Notes: generated by a model not told the origin, from the sequence alone. 64,000 nt of DNA from a virus (IMGVR_UViG_3300025306_000003:569-64568), one strand, 5' to 3'. Shown: positions 17,534-28,157, counted from the first letter of the stretch. Translations and numbers: made by a program.

Positions 17534-17907
17534 TGAGCACCTTTCGCGTGGTTTTTTGGCGAGCGGGCTTCTCTTGTGAGATGCACACTGCACACAGCCA
17601 CTCTTCCCTACTGCGATCAATTACAGTGTAGCGCCATCCGGCCTGCGCAAGTTCTTTTCTTGCAACAAGCTCAGATGGCGCAGTTTTGAAAAACCCCTTA
17701 CCACACTTTTTACAAACGCCGTGAAGACCAGTCAGAACCATACCTACCCCCTCCAAGGCGCGAGCGCGGGAGCATACTTGCGGATCCTCTGCCTGAAAAC
17801 GGTCGTGTTTTCCTGCATCTTGATCTGTGCCTGCCAACGTGTACATGCCGCCAGTTCTGTTGGTTGCCAGATTTCCCCGACGAGTTTTTCGACCACCCAA
17901 ATATGCA

Positions 17908-18315
17908 TCACTTCCTCTCACGGAATTTAAGCTGCGCAAGTTCCCGTTTGCACGACACAAGCTCCCTACCACACACCGCAAGTTCGATGCGCAGTTTATC
18001 CGCCAATTCATCCGCAGCTTTCAACTGTGTGTGCAAACCTTCGATCTCGCGAATCTCAGCAACGTCCACAGGTTCGTAAGTCATCTGAAAGACTTCGTTC
18101 ACGCACGGATAGAACTCACCCATAACCCCGTGAATAATCCAATCACCAAAATTGCAATGCACCCACGTAGTGTGTAGAGTATCCCACACATGGATACCAT
18201 GATCATTGACGAGATACAGCGCCATATCGCTGAACGGAAGGTCTTTGAATTGCACAATCCGCTCGGCATTAATTACAATCGGTTTCTTGCGGAACTTCAT
18301 GTCTCCTCCTCTCAA
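17908..18315 (-). CDS. Conserved phage protein with a C-terminal coiled coil
   Basis: KFRKKPIVINA...GDWIIHGVMGEFYPC...F..TYEPV, a common phage family of unknown function. Confidence 0.7.
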   Translation of the reverse strand: MRGGDMKFRKKPIVINAERIVQFKDLPFSDMALYLVNDHGIHVWDTLHTTWVHCNFGDWIIHGVMGEFYPCVNEVFQMTYEPVDVAEIREIEGLHTQLKAADELADKLRIELAVCGRELVSCKRELAQLKFRERK

Positions 18316-18578
18316 TCATGTTTTATGCGAAACACCTTCCAACCCAAAGACTCTAATACAAGAGTCTTGCGAGCATCTGCATGCTGTGTACTCAACCTTT
18401 TATGAGCAGGGCCGTACCCCTTTCACGATTCACTTGCTGATGTTTGATCCGCGATAATCTATTTGCGTGACAGACCAAACAAAGCCTGTCATCAAATAAC
18501 CTATCGATGTGCGCAGGATTGTTTTCGCACTTCTCCAACGGGCGTTTGCTACGTGAAGTCATGTAATCCTTTGACATA

Positions 18579-18848
18579 TCACCTCCCAGAAATTGGACGC
18601 GCTACGTATTGCAGGGGGATAAACTCCACTGCGTATGCACGCTGCTCTGACAGATTTGCGTGGTAATCGATTTTGTACAGATACCCTGAAGCGTCCAATC
18701 CCAAGAGCACACCTTCGTATTCCATGATCTGCACGAATTTGAGAGAACTAGGCATAACCCCCGAACCGGACCCCGGATCAGAACGCTGCCCGAAAAGCAA
18801 CACACTTGCTACCAAAAATACAACGAGCACTAAACATAATTTTTTCAT
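18579..18848 (-). CDS. Small secreted/membrane protein
   Basis: MKKLCLVLVVFLVASVLLFG signal; GGAGGAG RBS. Confidence 0.6.
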   Translation of the reverse strand: MKKLCLVLVVFLVASVLLFGQRSDPGSGSGVMPSSLKFVQIMEYEGVLLGLDASGYLYKIDYHANLSEQRAYAVEFIPLQYVARPISGR

Positions 18849-18956
18849 AACTCCTCCGGTTTACATTGCAGGTTCGGGCGCTTTCTGTGGATATATAAAT
18901 GCACCCAGCGTTGATCCCACACCATCTTCGCTTCGGCTCCCTGCAAAAATCGTGAA

Positions 18957-19307
18957 CTACTTTCCCAACCGCAAATTGAGCTTCTTCGGTCGAGGCATGA
19001 GCTTCACACGCGCAGGCTTGTTAGTGAACGTCTTCGCATCTTTGTCTGTGAAAGGAAGCTCCTCGCCAAGGATGACCTTGCGAGTGTCCACATCGAGGAT
19101 GAACCATTTAGTGCCGCCGAATTCCTTCAGCGCCTGATTGTAAAATCGCTTCACAGTCGGCAACGATTCTGACATGACATTCAATTCGGCGGTGTCGTCG
19201 ATGATCTCATACAAACCATATTTCCGTGCTGGAACTTGATCAAGCTTTAGCATTTGCCCTGCTCCTTTTGGATGCCCAGATGTCAAAGACCTCGCGTCCA
19301 TAAACAA
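18957..19307 (-). CDS. Hypothetical protein
   Basis: ORF track; probable start at MLKLD. Confidence 0.5.
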   Translation of the reverse strand: MFMDARSLTSGHPKGAGQMLKLDQVPARKYGLYEIIDDTAELNVMSESLPTVKRFYNQALKEFGGTKWFILDVDTRKVILGEELPFTDKDAKTFTNKPARVKLMPRPKKLNLRLGK

Positions 19308-19896
19308 TCAAGGCTGTTAGTAATAAAATCGCTTTTACAAACGTGTCTTGTGAGGAGTCTTTCTCACAAGTAAAAAATTTCAATGCTGTAAGCACACACT
19401 CCACGATATAAGCATCCGCAGATGCGGACCGCATCATGATCTGCGTACAGACCTCCAAGTGATCCTGCTGCCACGACTCCGGCAGATCTGTGCCGGAAGT
19501 TATCCTCTTCAAGTCTTCCATGATAGTCTGATTGCTCAATGGAGACTGCCACACAGCCAACCCTTCCCACAAAACATGCGCAAATCCACACAAAGGCTGA
19601 CCTGCTTCGACCATATCGCCCTTCGCCGCAGCAGCATACTGTTCCGAGACAGCCGCCCACACCAGCGCTGCAACAACAACCTGTTTGGAAGCAGCGCTGC
19701 CCAATACTGCAAGAATCTCTTCTTGCGATGTCGGTTTGACACGTGTTGCCAGATCACTAAGCTTAGATCCTGCAATCTGCGGCAGAACATGTGCCATCAA
19801 TCTCAGATATTCCATATTATGCCTCCACGATTCGAGACTCGCCGCCCTCTCTACGAACAGTGAGCACGTTCTCAAAACGATTCGCCATGTGCGCAT
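19240..19896 (-). CDS. Helical hypothetical protein (probable start at MEYLR, ~19816)
   Basis: Follows the SbcC-like gene directly. Confidence 0.55.
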   Translation of the reverse strand: MRTWRIVLRTCSLFVERAASLESWRHNMEYLRLMAHVLPQIAGSKLSDLATRVKPTSQEEILAVLGSAASKQVVVAALVWAAVSEQYAAAAKGDMVEAGQPLCGFAHVLWEGLAVWQSPLSNQTIMEDLKRITSGTDLPESWQQDHLEVCTQIMMRSASADAYIVECVLTALKFFTCEKDSSQDTFVKAILLLTALIVYGREVFDIWASKRSRANAKA

Positions 19897-21616
19897 TGTG
19901 GGAAATTACGAATACCGAACCCTTACGAGATGCTTCGGTCTGCAGAAACTCTGCAAACGCATCAACACCTGTCGCATCCAACCCAGCATCAAATTCATCT
20001 ATGATTGAGAAGTTCAATTTCTCCTCCCCCTCTGCTGCGGCCTGCCACGCCAACGCAATGCAAAGATCCACACGGCGCATCTGCCCATTGCTGGACATGA
20101 TATAAGATTGCGCCGACTTCTCGACATCGACTTTCACCCCAAGTTTGTCGCTGTCGTTTTTGGAGAGTTCGATGTCGATCTCGCCGCCGGTCAGCCAGCT
20201 TGAGAACTTCTGAATCAATTCATTCAAATGCTCAATCAGACTCTTATAGCAGTTGTCTTTGATCGCCTTGTACCCAACAACCCAAAACTCGGCTATCGCC
20301 TTCTCTTCGCGCATCCCCTCCTGCATCTTGATCGCCGCCGATCTACGCTTTCCCGCATCAGCGGCCTTCTTCTTCGCTGCAGCAATCTTGTCGTCGATTG
20401 CCTGAATGTTTTTCTTCGCGATCTCTTCTGCACCCTCAGCAGCAGCAACTGTCGCCTGTAAGCGTGCGATCTCCGTCTGAAGCTCGCGATGCACTTTCAT
20501 CTGCGCAGCCTCGTGCGAGGCTTTCTCATTCAAGTCACGCAACGCAATCGCCAACGCATTGACCTTCTCAGTCAATCCCTCCAACTCAGCTATCTTCTTC
20601 TGCAACACGATGTTGGTTCTACGCTCGTGATCAAACACATGCTGCTCCCCGACCACCTGCATACATTCGGGACAAGTCTCTCCCGCACGGAACTTACTAC
20701 GCAATCTACGCAATGCCGCAACATCCCCTCCCACAGTTCGCTGCTTCTCTTCCAACTTTGAGAACTCCCGCTCTTTCTCCAAAATTTTGCTATCGATGGC
20801 TTTCTGCCCCAACAACACCAACTTGGACTGTCTGACCTTGGCTGCGGCCAATTGCTTCTTCAAAGAAATCAAATCCCCAACTTTCGAAGTCTTTGCAGTT
20901 GATACACGTAACGCATCCAGATTGCTGATCGAATCCTGAACGGTCTGAAGCTCAAAATCAGCCTGTGCCTGTTTACTCTCCCATTCAGCTATCGCTTTGG
21001 TGATGTCGCGAACGTCCTCTTTTGCCTTCGCGAGCGCATTGTCAAAATCCGAGAAGTCGAAAAAGTCCTCCATGATCTTTCGACGCTCTGCATCTGTGCA
21101 TTGCGTAAAACGCTTGATGGAACCTTGCGCAAACACGGCGCTGTTGCAATACGTCTGATAATCCATACCGATAAGAACTTCAATCTTCCTATCGGTCTCT
21201 TCCACAGTCTCGCCTGTGAGAGTTGCACCTTCACACGTAAGAGTGACTTTGTTTTTGAACTGAGAATGCTTCCGATATCTCGTAGCACAATATTCATGTC
21301 CACCGGATTCAAACAATACGCTCACAAAACAATCCTTGCCCTCATCGAGATTAACCACATCGTCGGCCTTAAACTCCTGACTGGTTTTGCCGAAGACCTT
21401 TTCTCTGATTGTCTCGCCGAAAAGACACCATGGAACAGCATCCACCAATAAACATGATTTGCCGCTCCCATTGCTCGAAGCATTTATGGAATCCAAGTTC
21501 TCACCCAACACAAGCACCAATCCCTGATCCGCAATCGGCAAGACGGCATGCTTAAATCCCAAAAAATTATTCACTTCCACAGATAACAATTTACTCATGA
21601 TTTTTTGTTCCCCCAT
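19817..21616 (-). CDS. SbcC/Rad50/T4 gp46-like SMC ATPase
   Basis: NGSGKS Walker A, Q-loop, coiled coil with CPEC zinc hook, SSNGQ signature, IIDE Walker B, ISH. Confidence 0.92.
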   Translation of the reverse strand: MGEQKIMSKLLSVEVNNFLGFKHAVLPIADQGLVLVLGENLDSINASSNGSGKSCLLVDAVPWCLFGETIREKVFGKTSQEFKADDVVNLDEGKDCFVSVLFESGGHEYCATRYRKHSQFKNKVTLTCEGATLTGETVEETDRKIEVLIGMDYQTYCNSAVFAQGSIKRFTQCTDAERRKIMEDFFDFSDFDNALAKAKEDVRDITKAIAEWESKQAQADFELQTVQDSISNLDALRVSTAKTSKVGDLISLKKQLAAAKVRQSKLVLLGQKAIDSKILEKEREFSKLEEKQRTVGGDVAALRRLRSKFRAGETCPECMQVVGEQHVFDHERRTNIVLQKKIAELEGLTEKVNALAIALRDLNEKASHEAAQMKVHRELQTEIARLQATVAAAEGAEEIAKKNIQAIDDKIAAAKKKAADAGKRRSAAIKMQEGMREEKAIAEFWVVGYKAIKDNCYKSLIEHLNELIQKFSSWLTGGEIDIELSKNDSDKLGVKVDVEKSAQSYIMSSNGQMRRVDLCIALAWQAAAEGEEKLNFSIIDEFDAGLDATGVDAFAEFLQTEASRKGSVFVISHNAHMANRFENVLTVRREGGESRIVEA

Positions 21617-21957
21617 TTGATGCAGAGTTCCATGTGCCCAAGCCTAGCATCCTCAGGATCGTTGTACCCACGAAAATCCACCTGCTTATCAAAATTCGCG
21701 CAGTATGGACAGCACTTACTGCCATCGTCCTGCTTTTTGGATTTGAAAACCATCGTCTCATACTTACGATCAAGTCCAATATCATGGTACTTGGGTTTCT
21801 CGCCAGACTCGCGTATGGACTTAGGCATGATAAGTTCCCCCACGGTCGAGACTATGTATTTTCCAACCCACGTGTTCAAACAAAACTCGCAGTCTCGGGC
21901 AGCACAAAAATGACCTGGATGAGGCATCCAAATCCACTTTGAGCTATCACGCATCAC
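21595..21957 (-). CDS. Hypothetical Cys/His-rich protein
   Basis: YETMVF motif; operon position. Confidence 0.55.
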   Translation of the reverse strand: MMRDSSKWIWMPHPGHFCAARDCEFCLNTWVGKYIVSTVGELIMPKSIRESGEKPKYHDIGLDRKYETMVFKSKKQDDGSKCCPYCANFDKQVDFRGYNDPEDARLGHMELCIKWGNKKS

Positions 21958-22336
21958 ACACCTCGTTTTTAAGAAGTTCTATACGCTCCATTTCGGACAT
22001 GATGTGGTGTAATGCAACCAGTCCGCATGTGAGCAAACCCTCCACATCTTTTATACGTGACCCCCATACAGGAAATGCGTAAGCGATATCCATCAATGTT
22101 CCCCGAGTACGGGCAATGTCATCTCGCACACCAGAAATAATTGCACTCAAAGACTTCGAGAAATCAGTATGATAAATCGGATCCTCACGATAGCGTTTCG
22201 CTTCCAATACCTGCCCCGAAACGGTAAGCCTGTTGCATCCCGAACATCTTTCTAATTCCATCACACCACCTCCTCTGCTGCAGTGCGGGGCATCGCTCCT
22301 TTTGAATCGCCCCTTGGAAGTCTCAACATGTCCCAC
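21947..22336 (-). CDS. Hypothetical protein
   Basis: ORF track; probable start at MELER. Confidence 0.5.
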   Translation of the reverse strand: MGHVETSKGRFKRSDAPHCSRGGGVMELERCSGCNRLTVSGQVLEAKRYREDPIYHTDFSKSLSAIISGVRDDIARTRGTLMDIAYAFPVWGSRIKDVEGLLTCGLVALHHIMSEMERIELLKNEVCDA

Positions 22337-22659
22337 ACTTCATCGGGGACAAACGCCATTCGACACCCGATGATCTGCTCTGCGAGTTCTGGAGGATTCA
22401 CCATTCTCCGAATCGCGTCTTCTTTGATCACAACCCAACCACCAGTACGGTAGGGATTGTCTTTATCAGTGGACAATTTCTCATCCACCGAGATCAAAAT
22501 AATCCCCAACTTCATGTGCTCTTCGCACTTGGTGCAGGGCCGCTTGTTGTAGCAAGCCAATCGAGGAATCACCTTGCGCAAGCGCCTGTGGAGCAAAACC
22601 TCACTCGGCTCTAAACAGTAATAGCACTGCGACATTCCCACGAAGTCTTTTTTGCTCAT
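22261..22659 (-). CDS. Zinc-binding hypothetical protein
   Basis: CYYC...PCTKC...NPYRTG. Confidence 0.6.
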   Translation of the reverse strand: MSKKDFVGMSQCYYCLEPSEVLLHRRLRKVIPRLACYNKRPCTKCEEHMKLGIILISVDEKLSTDKDNPYRTGGWVVIKEDAIRRMVNPPELAEQIIGCRMAFVPDEVWDMLRLPRGDSKGAMPRTAAEEVV

Positions 22660-22804
22660 TGCGTCCTACCTTTCCCATTTCTTAGGAAGAAAACCGCCTG
22701 TTGACATCCACCTATCAAGCGCCCCCCACAAAACGATGAGTCTCTCGATATCGCCTATGTCCCAAGTAGGTTGTGCAAACAACTCTTCGAGTTCATCCAA
22801 TGTT

Positions 22805-23326
22805 TTACTGGGGTCCATTGATTTTCCCCTCCTTTTTCAATTGCATCCAGATAAATTCCATCAAAAGCTCAGTCCACACATTGGACTTGAGTATGGCTTT
22901 ACGGATGAACTTTTCGGGAATCACGATTCCAAAATAATCGTCCCCGCAAAGCTTGTACTTCGAACCCAACCACGTCGGATCAACAATCTTCCCGCACGCA
23001 TCAACCAACCACGCGTGTGAAAGTGGAAGTCCTGCGGTGCAAGTCGCAAAACCTTCACAATAATAAAAACCACTGCCAGGATTGACCACAATGCGCTGAC
23101 AGTTGGCGTAGCATTCCTTAAGCTTGCAGCCATACTTTTGTTTGACGGCCTTGGAAGACTTGTGGTCTATCTCATCGGAGGTATATTCGATCCCATGATC
23201 CAAAATGTACTCGTACCCCAACGTGTACGGAGGCCGCCCATTCTTACGCCCCAACTCAGCAACCATCTGCACGTACTCTCTGCAGGGGTTCATTCGGGCA
23301 CCCCATAAATTTCGAGACTTGCCCAC
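22805..23326 (-). CDS. Transglutaminase/papain-like fold protein
   Basis: CYANC...YCEG...HAWL...IVDPTW, a Cys-His-Asp triad pattern. Confidence 0.6.
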   Translation of the reverse strand: MGKSRNLWGARMNPCREYVQMVAELGRKNGRPPYTLGYEYILDHGIEYTSDEIDHKSSKAVKQKYGCKLKECYANCQRIVVNPGSGFYYCEGFATCTAGLPLSHAWLVDACGKIVDPTWLGSKYKLCGDDYFGIVIPEKFIRKAILKSNVWTELLMEFIWMQLKKEGKINGPQ

Positions 23327-23553
23327 ATCGGGAAATTGTCAAATGTCCGCACCACCCCCGAGTGCAATCTGTACAACATCTCCTTTTCGTAATGCTTGCG
23401 ACACAATAACAAGTTTCCCTGCGAAGGATCCCCACCGCAAGGGAGCTTCCGAACTTCGCGACACACATGCCCATAATCGCAGATGGATTGCAAATGTCGA
23501 GACGCTCGCATGTCGGCCACCAATTCTTTCACGGCGACAATTTTGAATTTCAT
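23290..23553 (-). CDS. Hypothetical protein
   Basis: ATGA overlaps on both sides. Confidence 0.55.
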   Translation of the reverse strand: MKFKIVAVKELVADMRASRHLQSICDYGHVCREVRKLPCGGDPSQGNLLLCRKHYEKEMLYRLHSGVVRTFDNFPMWASLEIYGVPE

Positions 23554-23741
23554 GAGTACCTCCCATAAATGGATTCGAGAAGCGCAAGCTGCGCGTCTGA
23601 AAGTTTGTGAACTCGGTTGTAAAACTCCTCAATGCTGATCATGGTCGCCAAGTCTTTCTCCGACATGGCACCCGCCAAATCGCGGGACTTAAAAATCCAC
23701 TCAGTTCTCTTCTTCTCCTGCTCAGTCAAAGGTCGGATCAT
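23550..23741 (-). CDS. Hypothetical protein
   Basis: ATGA overlaps; AGGAGG RBS. Confidence 0.55.
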   Translation of the reverse strand: MIRPLTEQEKKRTEWIFKSRDLAGAMSEKDLATMISIEEFYNRVHKLSDAQLALLESIYGRYS

Positions 23742-24880
23742 TCCTGCACCTCCTTAGCAGAATCGTAGTAGTTCAAACCATTACTCAAATACTGCTTGCG
23801 TCGATCATCGGGCGCATGTTGCTGCGCGTACGATTGAACTAATTCCCGATGTTTGTGAACATCAGAACTCGCGAACGCAGTCTCTTTCCTGTCGTGAGGT
23901 TTGTACTCCACAAGCGCTCTGCCCTTGAGATTTGTCTTAACGAGCTTCCGAGCTTCGTCAACGTAGTCGGTAACTTGAAAGCGTATAAAAGCATTTGGCA
24001 GAAAATCTACCAGTGATAACGCCGCAAGATCAGAATCCGTCAACGTCGTAAACAACGGACTGTCGGGGTACTCCACGAATTTTGCAGTACGCTTATCGGT
24101 GTCGATCTCCCAAATGCCCTTTGTGTTCCCCTCATCCCCGAAGTCCATTTGGTACGGAGAACCTGGAATCAAAATAATCTTTCCAATCGGAAATACATCG
24201 CCATCCTGCAACTTCGTGATTTTCTGCAAAGCAGTTTTGTGCTTCCCACGTTTTGACTTGGAACGCCACATGACCTGACCAAGATGGATGTCGCCGCAGA
24301 TACAGAGGTCAACATCATTCGAATTCATGAAGCTGAGAATTGCATCCGCGTCATACCCACCACCTCGGGAGATGTACCCTGTAGGATACGCCGCTCCCAC
24401 AAGGCATTCGTGGATCATGAGAATACGAAAAGCTCGCTCACGCGGAGGCAATTTCTCCGGAGGAGTCCCTGCACCGAAACTGTGGATCTCAGCGTCACCC
24501 TGTGAATCATGACCCTGTGTCCTTACATGAAAAGATCCACTCTGCAAAGCGTGCAACGAATGCACATCACCGCTCTGCAAATATTGATCATGATTACCTG
24601 GAATTGCCAGCACTGTCGGACAGTTGTGATTGAACAAATCATAAACCCGATTGTACAGTGGAACTGGAATCGCGTTCTTTTGCGAGAACAAGTCCCCCGC
24701 TAATAAGTGCAAGTCGGCAGGTTGCTTCAAAAACCATTCGAGGAAGCTCAACCCCACCTCTGCCCTTGTGGAAAGCCCGTCAGATTTTGGTCGGGAGAAC
24801 ATGCCTCCAATTTGCAAATGAGTATCTGCAGTCGCGAGAATTATCATAAGTTCCTCTTCGGATGAACAAGTGAACGCCAC
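23738..24880 (-). CDS. SbcD/Mre11/T4 gp47-like metallophosphoesterase nuclease
   Basis: DTH, GDLF, GNHD, H, GDIH motifs. Confidence 0.9.
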   Translation of the reverse strand: MAFTCSSEEELMIILATADTHLQIGGMFSRPKSDGLSTRAEVGLSFLEWFLKQPADLHLLAGDLFSQKNAIPVPLYNRVYDLFNHNCPTVLAIPGNHDQYLQSGDVHSLHALQSGSFHVRTQGHDSQGDAEIHSFGAGTPPEKLPPRERAFRILMIHECLVGAAYPTGYISRGGGYDADAILSFMNSNDVDLCICGDIHLGQVMWRSKSKRGKHKTALQKITKLQDGDVFPIGKIILIPGSPYQMDFGDEGNTKGIWEIDTDKRTAKFVEYPDSPLFTTLTDSDLAALSLVDFLPNAFIRFQVTDYVDEARKLVKTNLKGRALVEYKPHDRKETAFASSDVHKHRELVQSYAQQHAPDDRRKQYLSNGLNYYDSAKEVQE

Positions 24881-25161
24881 ACACGCAATGGTCGCCTGTG
24901 TGCTGCGGGGCGCTTGGATTCTTGAAAGTCGCCAGTACGTTCGATCAAACTATTCTTCACAGCAAGTCGCATCTGATGACCGAGCGCACTCGGATGCGGA
25001 AACGCTACTGTGTAATTCGAAATGTACATCCACACATCGTCGGTCGTGAAATACTGAAACTCTTTCGCGCACCATTCGACAGCACTCACAAGGATGGCTG
25101 TCCAATCGGGGTCCAACGCTTCGTGAGATTTCTTGATTCCCTCTTCAATGATTTCAGTCAT
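24844..25161 (-). CDS. Hypothetical protein (possible winged HTH)
   Basis: FTTDDVW...ALG...LIERTG...HRRPLRVW. Confidence 0.55.
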   Translation of the reverse strand: MTEIIEEGIKKSHEALDPDWTAILVSAVEWCAKEFQYFTTDDVWMYISNYTVAFPHPSALGHQMRLAVKNSLIERTGDFQESKRPAAHRRPLRVWRSLVHPKRNL

Positions 25162-25376
25162 ACGCGGTTTTTCCTCTCTTACGAGTTATACGAGTTTTCT
25201 TCCCAACAAAAACATCTTCCCAGAAAACGTCTTCGTTGAATGCAGGATCATCCTTCATCAATACATTAATCGTGTCGATCAAGATCGAGTTAAAAATGCT
25301 ACGGGACTGCCCGTCCTTTTTGACCACAGTCTGGTAAGCGTGTCTGAATCCTTTTGCGAGAAGCTGATAATCAGAC

Positions 25377-26336
25377 TCATTCACTCTCAACCTCCTCAGT
25401 TTCAGGTTCAGACTCCCCCTTTTCAACCCCAGCAAGGCCAACCTTGGGGGAGATCCGCACTCTCGCACGTTTGAACGCCACACCAACCTTGTTTTTGACG
25501 TTTGCAATCATAGTTTGAATTGAACCATCGGGGAACTTCTGCATACGCTTTACTGCAACTCGAACAGAACACATATGCAAAAGTGCATGTCCCCCAGGAG
25601 TCTTCAGCTTGTCCCCATACATCACACCAATATTATCCCGAACCTGATTCAAAAAAATCAGCAACACATCGTTATTCGAGATGAATCTACAAAGCGCTTT
25701 CAAATTGGTGGACAACGCCCGAGACAACGCGCCAATACGATGCTTGTCTGTGTAAGATTTAGAATCCAATTCCTCTTTCGTAAGAGTGCAATAAATCGTA
25801 TCCATCACAACCGTGATAAACCCCTCAGGCATGATCTTCCGCGCCTTAAGCACAATGTCCTCAATCATGTCAAAAAATGATTCGACACAGGACTCATCGT
25901 TTGGAAGAATGACGATCAATTTGTCTGGATCCACGCCCATCATCTTTGCCCATTCGGGGTCGTAGCTAAGCTCAGTGTCAAGCAAGATCGCGATTCCACC
26001 AAGTCTTTGCGTTGCGCCCAAAAGGAAGTACGCCAACGAAGACTTCCCGTGAGATTCCATCCCAAATATTTCCAGAAGTTTCCCACAAGGAAGCCCTTGA
26101 CCATCTCTACCCAACACAGCATCGAGTTTAGGCACGCCCGTGGGCATCCAATTTTTCACCTTGCCCACCAACAAGGAAGCCACCTCTTCACCCGCATAAA
26201 TCGGCGCTAAGGACTCTTCCCCATAAATACGCACAATGCTCTCGCGAATTCCTGTGAGCGCCTTCAAAACCTTCGGGTTTTCACCCTGAACCTGTACCTG
26301 CTGTCTCAATCTGCGAATCTTCTTCGGTTTAGGCAT
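25377..26336 (-). CDS. recA: RecA/UvsX-like recombinase
   Basis: PTG..LD, EIFGMESHGKS, DTE, FLNQVR..IGVMYG...TPGGHAL, KNKV. Confidence 0.92.
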   Translation of the reverse strand: MPKPKKIRRLRQQVQVQGENPKVLKALTGIRESIVRIYGEESLAPIYAGEEVASLLVGKVKNWMPTGVPKLDAVLGRDGQGLPCGKLLEIFGMESHGKSSLAYFLLGATQRLGGIAILLDTELSYDPEWAKMMGVDPDKLIVILPNDESCVESFFDMIEDIVLKARKIMPEGFITVVMDTIYCTLTKEELDSKSYTDKHRIGALSRALSTNLKALCRFISNNDVLLIFLNQVRDNIGVMYGDKLKTPGGHALLHMCSVRVAVKRMQKFPDGSIQTMIANVKNKVGVAFKRARVRISPKVGLAGVEKGESEPETEEVESE

Positions 26337-26428
26337 CTAAAACACCTCATAATTGCGTTGTACGGCCTTCTAAGACGGGAAATAGGGGTGCCCGACCCTT
26401 AAGGCACCCCCAGACATCTGAAAAGAAC

Positions 26429-27556
26429 CTAGCGCCGCTTACGGGCAGGTGCTGGCGGTGTGCGTTTAACTGGCGCTGAAGGCTTTGCTACTACTCTTCT
26501 AGTAGGAGCAGTTGGCTTCGCGGCAACCTGCGGACGCATCTGGACTCCGCAATCGGACTTCAAGACGCATTCCTGACACGCTGGCGAGGAAGACTTGTAC
26601 TTGGTGCTGTAGCACTTGGACTCGCCCTTCGACTGAGACAAGGCGACTCGTTTCTCCGGTCCAGAGAGATTATCGGCCAAGAGAACGGAAGTTCGTGGAC
26701 CATCCTCGGTGCCATACCCCCAAGTATCAGACTCCTCAACGGAATCCTCCTCAGGTTCCTCCTCCCCCTCTTCTTCTTCTGACTCTTCTGTTTCCTCCTC
26801 CTCCTCTTCTTCTGCAGGTTCCTCCTCGGCGGGCTCTTCTTCAGGGGCCTCTTCTTCACTGTCCCCTGCGAGCCCATATGCGTCGGCCATGAGCTTCTTG
26901 ATGTCATCCTCACTCATACTCTCAACCTCGTCATCGAGATCAACAAGTTTGAGTTTGGAGATGTCGCACTTGGAAGGATCCCCTGGCATCATGACGTACT
27001 CGGTGTCGTCGAACGTAGTGCCTGTGCGTTTGAGAATCACATCACGTCCGGTGTCAGAGTCTGTGATGTCACCATGCTCGCTGAAGTATCCCTGAATGTC
27101 CTTGTAGCGTTCCCAACCGACAACCCAGACCTGCACACCCTTGGCAGCGGTCGCCTTGGAAGTGCGATCCAAAATGTTCCAAAAATACTTGCGACGACGC
27201 ACCAACTTTTCGAGAATGGCGGCGTCGTCTTCGTTACCGCCGTCCGCAGACTCGCGCAACGCGGGAACCAGTACGTCACACACGTAGCAGTTTCCCGATT
27301 TGGTGATGGGGTCAATGCCACACGTGAACGGGGTGAATTTCCCCTTCGCGTTGACCTCGTGCCGGTACACGTACTTGAAGGGAACCGGACTGTCTCCCCA
27401 CGGAGGGAGAAGACGCAATACATTCCTCCCACCTGCAGCCTTGAAATACTTGCCGCCGCCCGACTGAGCTTCAGCGTCGTCATATAGCTGCTGCATGAGA
27501 GACAGGTCCACGCCTTTTTTCTTTGGTGCTGCTGAGGTTCTCGATTTGAATGCCAT
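26429..27556 (-). CDS. gp32-like single-stranded DNA-binding protein with an acidic tract and a C-terminal Cys4 finger
   Basis: RLLPP...H...C...CYVC...DITD...GRDV...R.GT...TEY; long Glu-rich linker. Confidence 0.8.
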   Translation of the reverse strand: MAFKSRTSAAPKKKGVDLSLMQQLYDDAEAQSGGGKYFKAAGGRNVLRLLPPWGDSPVPFKYVYRHEVNAKGKFTPFTCGIDPITKSGNCYVCDVLVPALRESADGGNEDDAAILEKLVRRRKYFWNILDRTSKATAAKGVQVWVVGWERYKDIQGYFSEHGDITDSDTGRDVILKRTGTTFDDTEYVMMPGDPSKCDISKLKLVDLDDEVESMSEDDIKKLMADAYGLAGDSEEEAPEEEPAEEEPAEEEEEEETEESEEEEGEEEPEEDSVEESDTWGYGTEDGPRTSVLLADNLSGPEKRVALSQSKGESKCYSTKYKSSSPACQECVLKSDCGVQMRPQVAAKPTAPTRRVVAKPSAPVKRTPPAPARKRR

Positions 27557-27557
27557 A

Positions 27558-28157
27558 CTAACTTATGACCTTTCTGCGCCGGACGCCCGACGCTTCGCGT
27601 TTGAGTTGATCAACATCTGCTCGTGCTGTTGCTTTTGAAGACATGACTTGCATACCGCCCGACTTCTGCTCTGACTGAGCCAAGTAGCCAAGCGTGGTTA
27701 AAATATCAGTGCGTTTGGAAAAGATCTTCTCCGCGAGAGACAAAATTCCCACAGTGAATTCCAGTTCGACGAGTTCTTCTTTTAACCCATCCAAACCGCG
27801 CTGACTTCCGAGATACTGTTCATCCTGCAAAACTTTGGAATCGATCAGTTTCTCGGTGACTTTGAAGCTGCCGTCCTGAGACGCTACAAGCAACTGCTTG
27901 CGATAAAACTCGTTTGTGGTCGCCTCCAGACTCTGGTGTTCACGTTTCGCGATCTCATACGCCAACGTAGCGCGTTCATGCAGACGCACGGCAATTGCGC
28001 TGAGCTTGCCGTACTTCCAATACGACGCGCCATGACGTGTCATCGCGTGTTGCAAATCATCAAGATTCACATCCAAGTCTTCTTCAAACTTGGACTCTTC
28101 GAAAACTTCGGACTCGTCCACAGTGATCAGCGAACGTGCTTTTTGCTGCTGTTTCAT
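27558..28157 (-). CDS. UvsY-like recombination mediator
   Basis: Helical protein with KVTEK.I...V..D..Y, adjacent to SSB and RecA. Confidence 0.6.
   Translation of the reverse strand: MKQQQKARSLITVDESEVFEESKFEEDLDVNLDDLQHAMTRHGASYWKYGKLSAIAVRLHERATLAYEIAKREHQSLEATTNEFYRKQLLVASQDGSFKVTEKLIDSKVLQDEQYLGSQRGLDGLKEELVELEFTVGILSLAEKIFSKRTDILTTLGYLAQSEQKSGGMQVMSSKATARADVDQLKREASGVRRRKVIS

Noticed and set aside
26720-26860. Purine/pyrimidine-skewed low-complexity tract
   Set aside because: It simply encodes the Glu-rich linker of the SSB.
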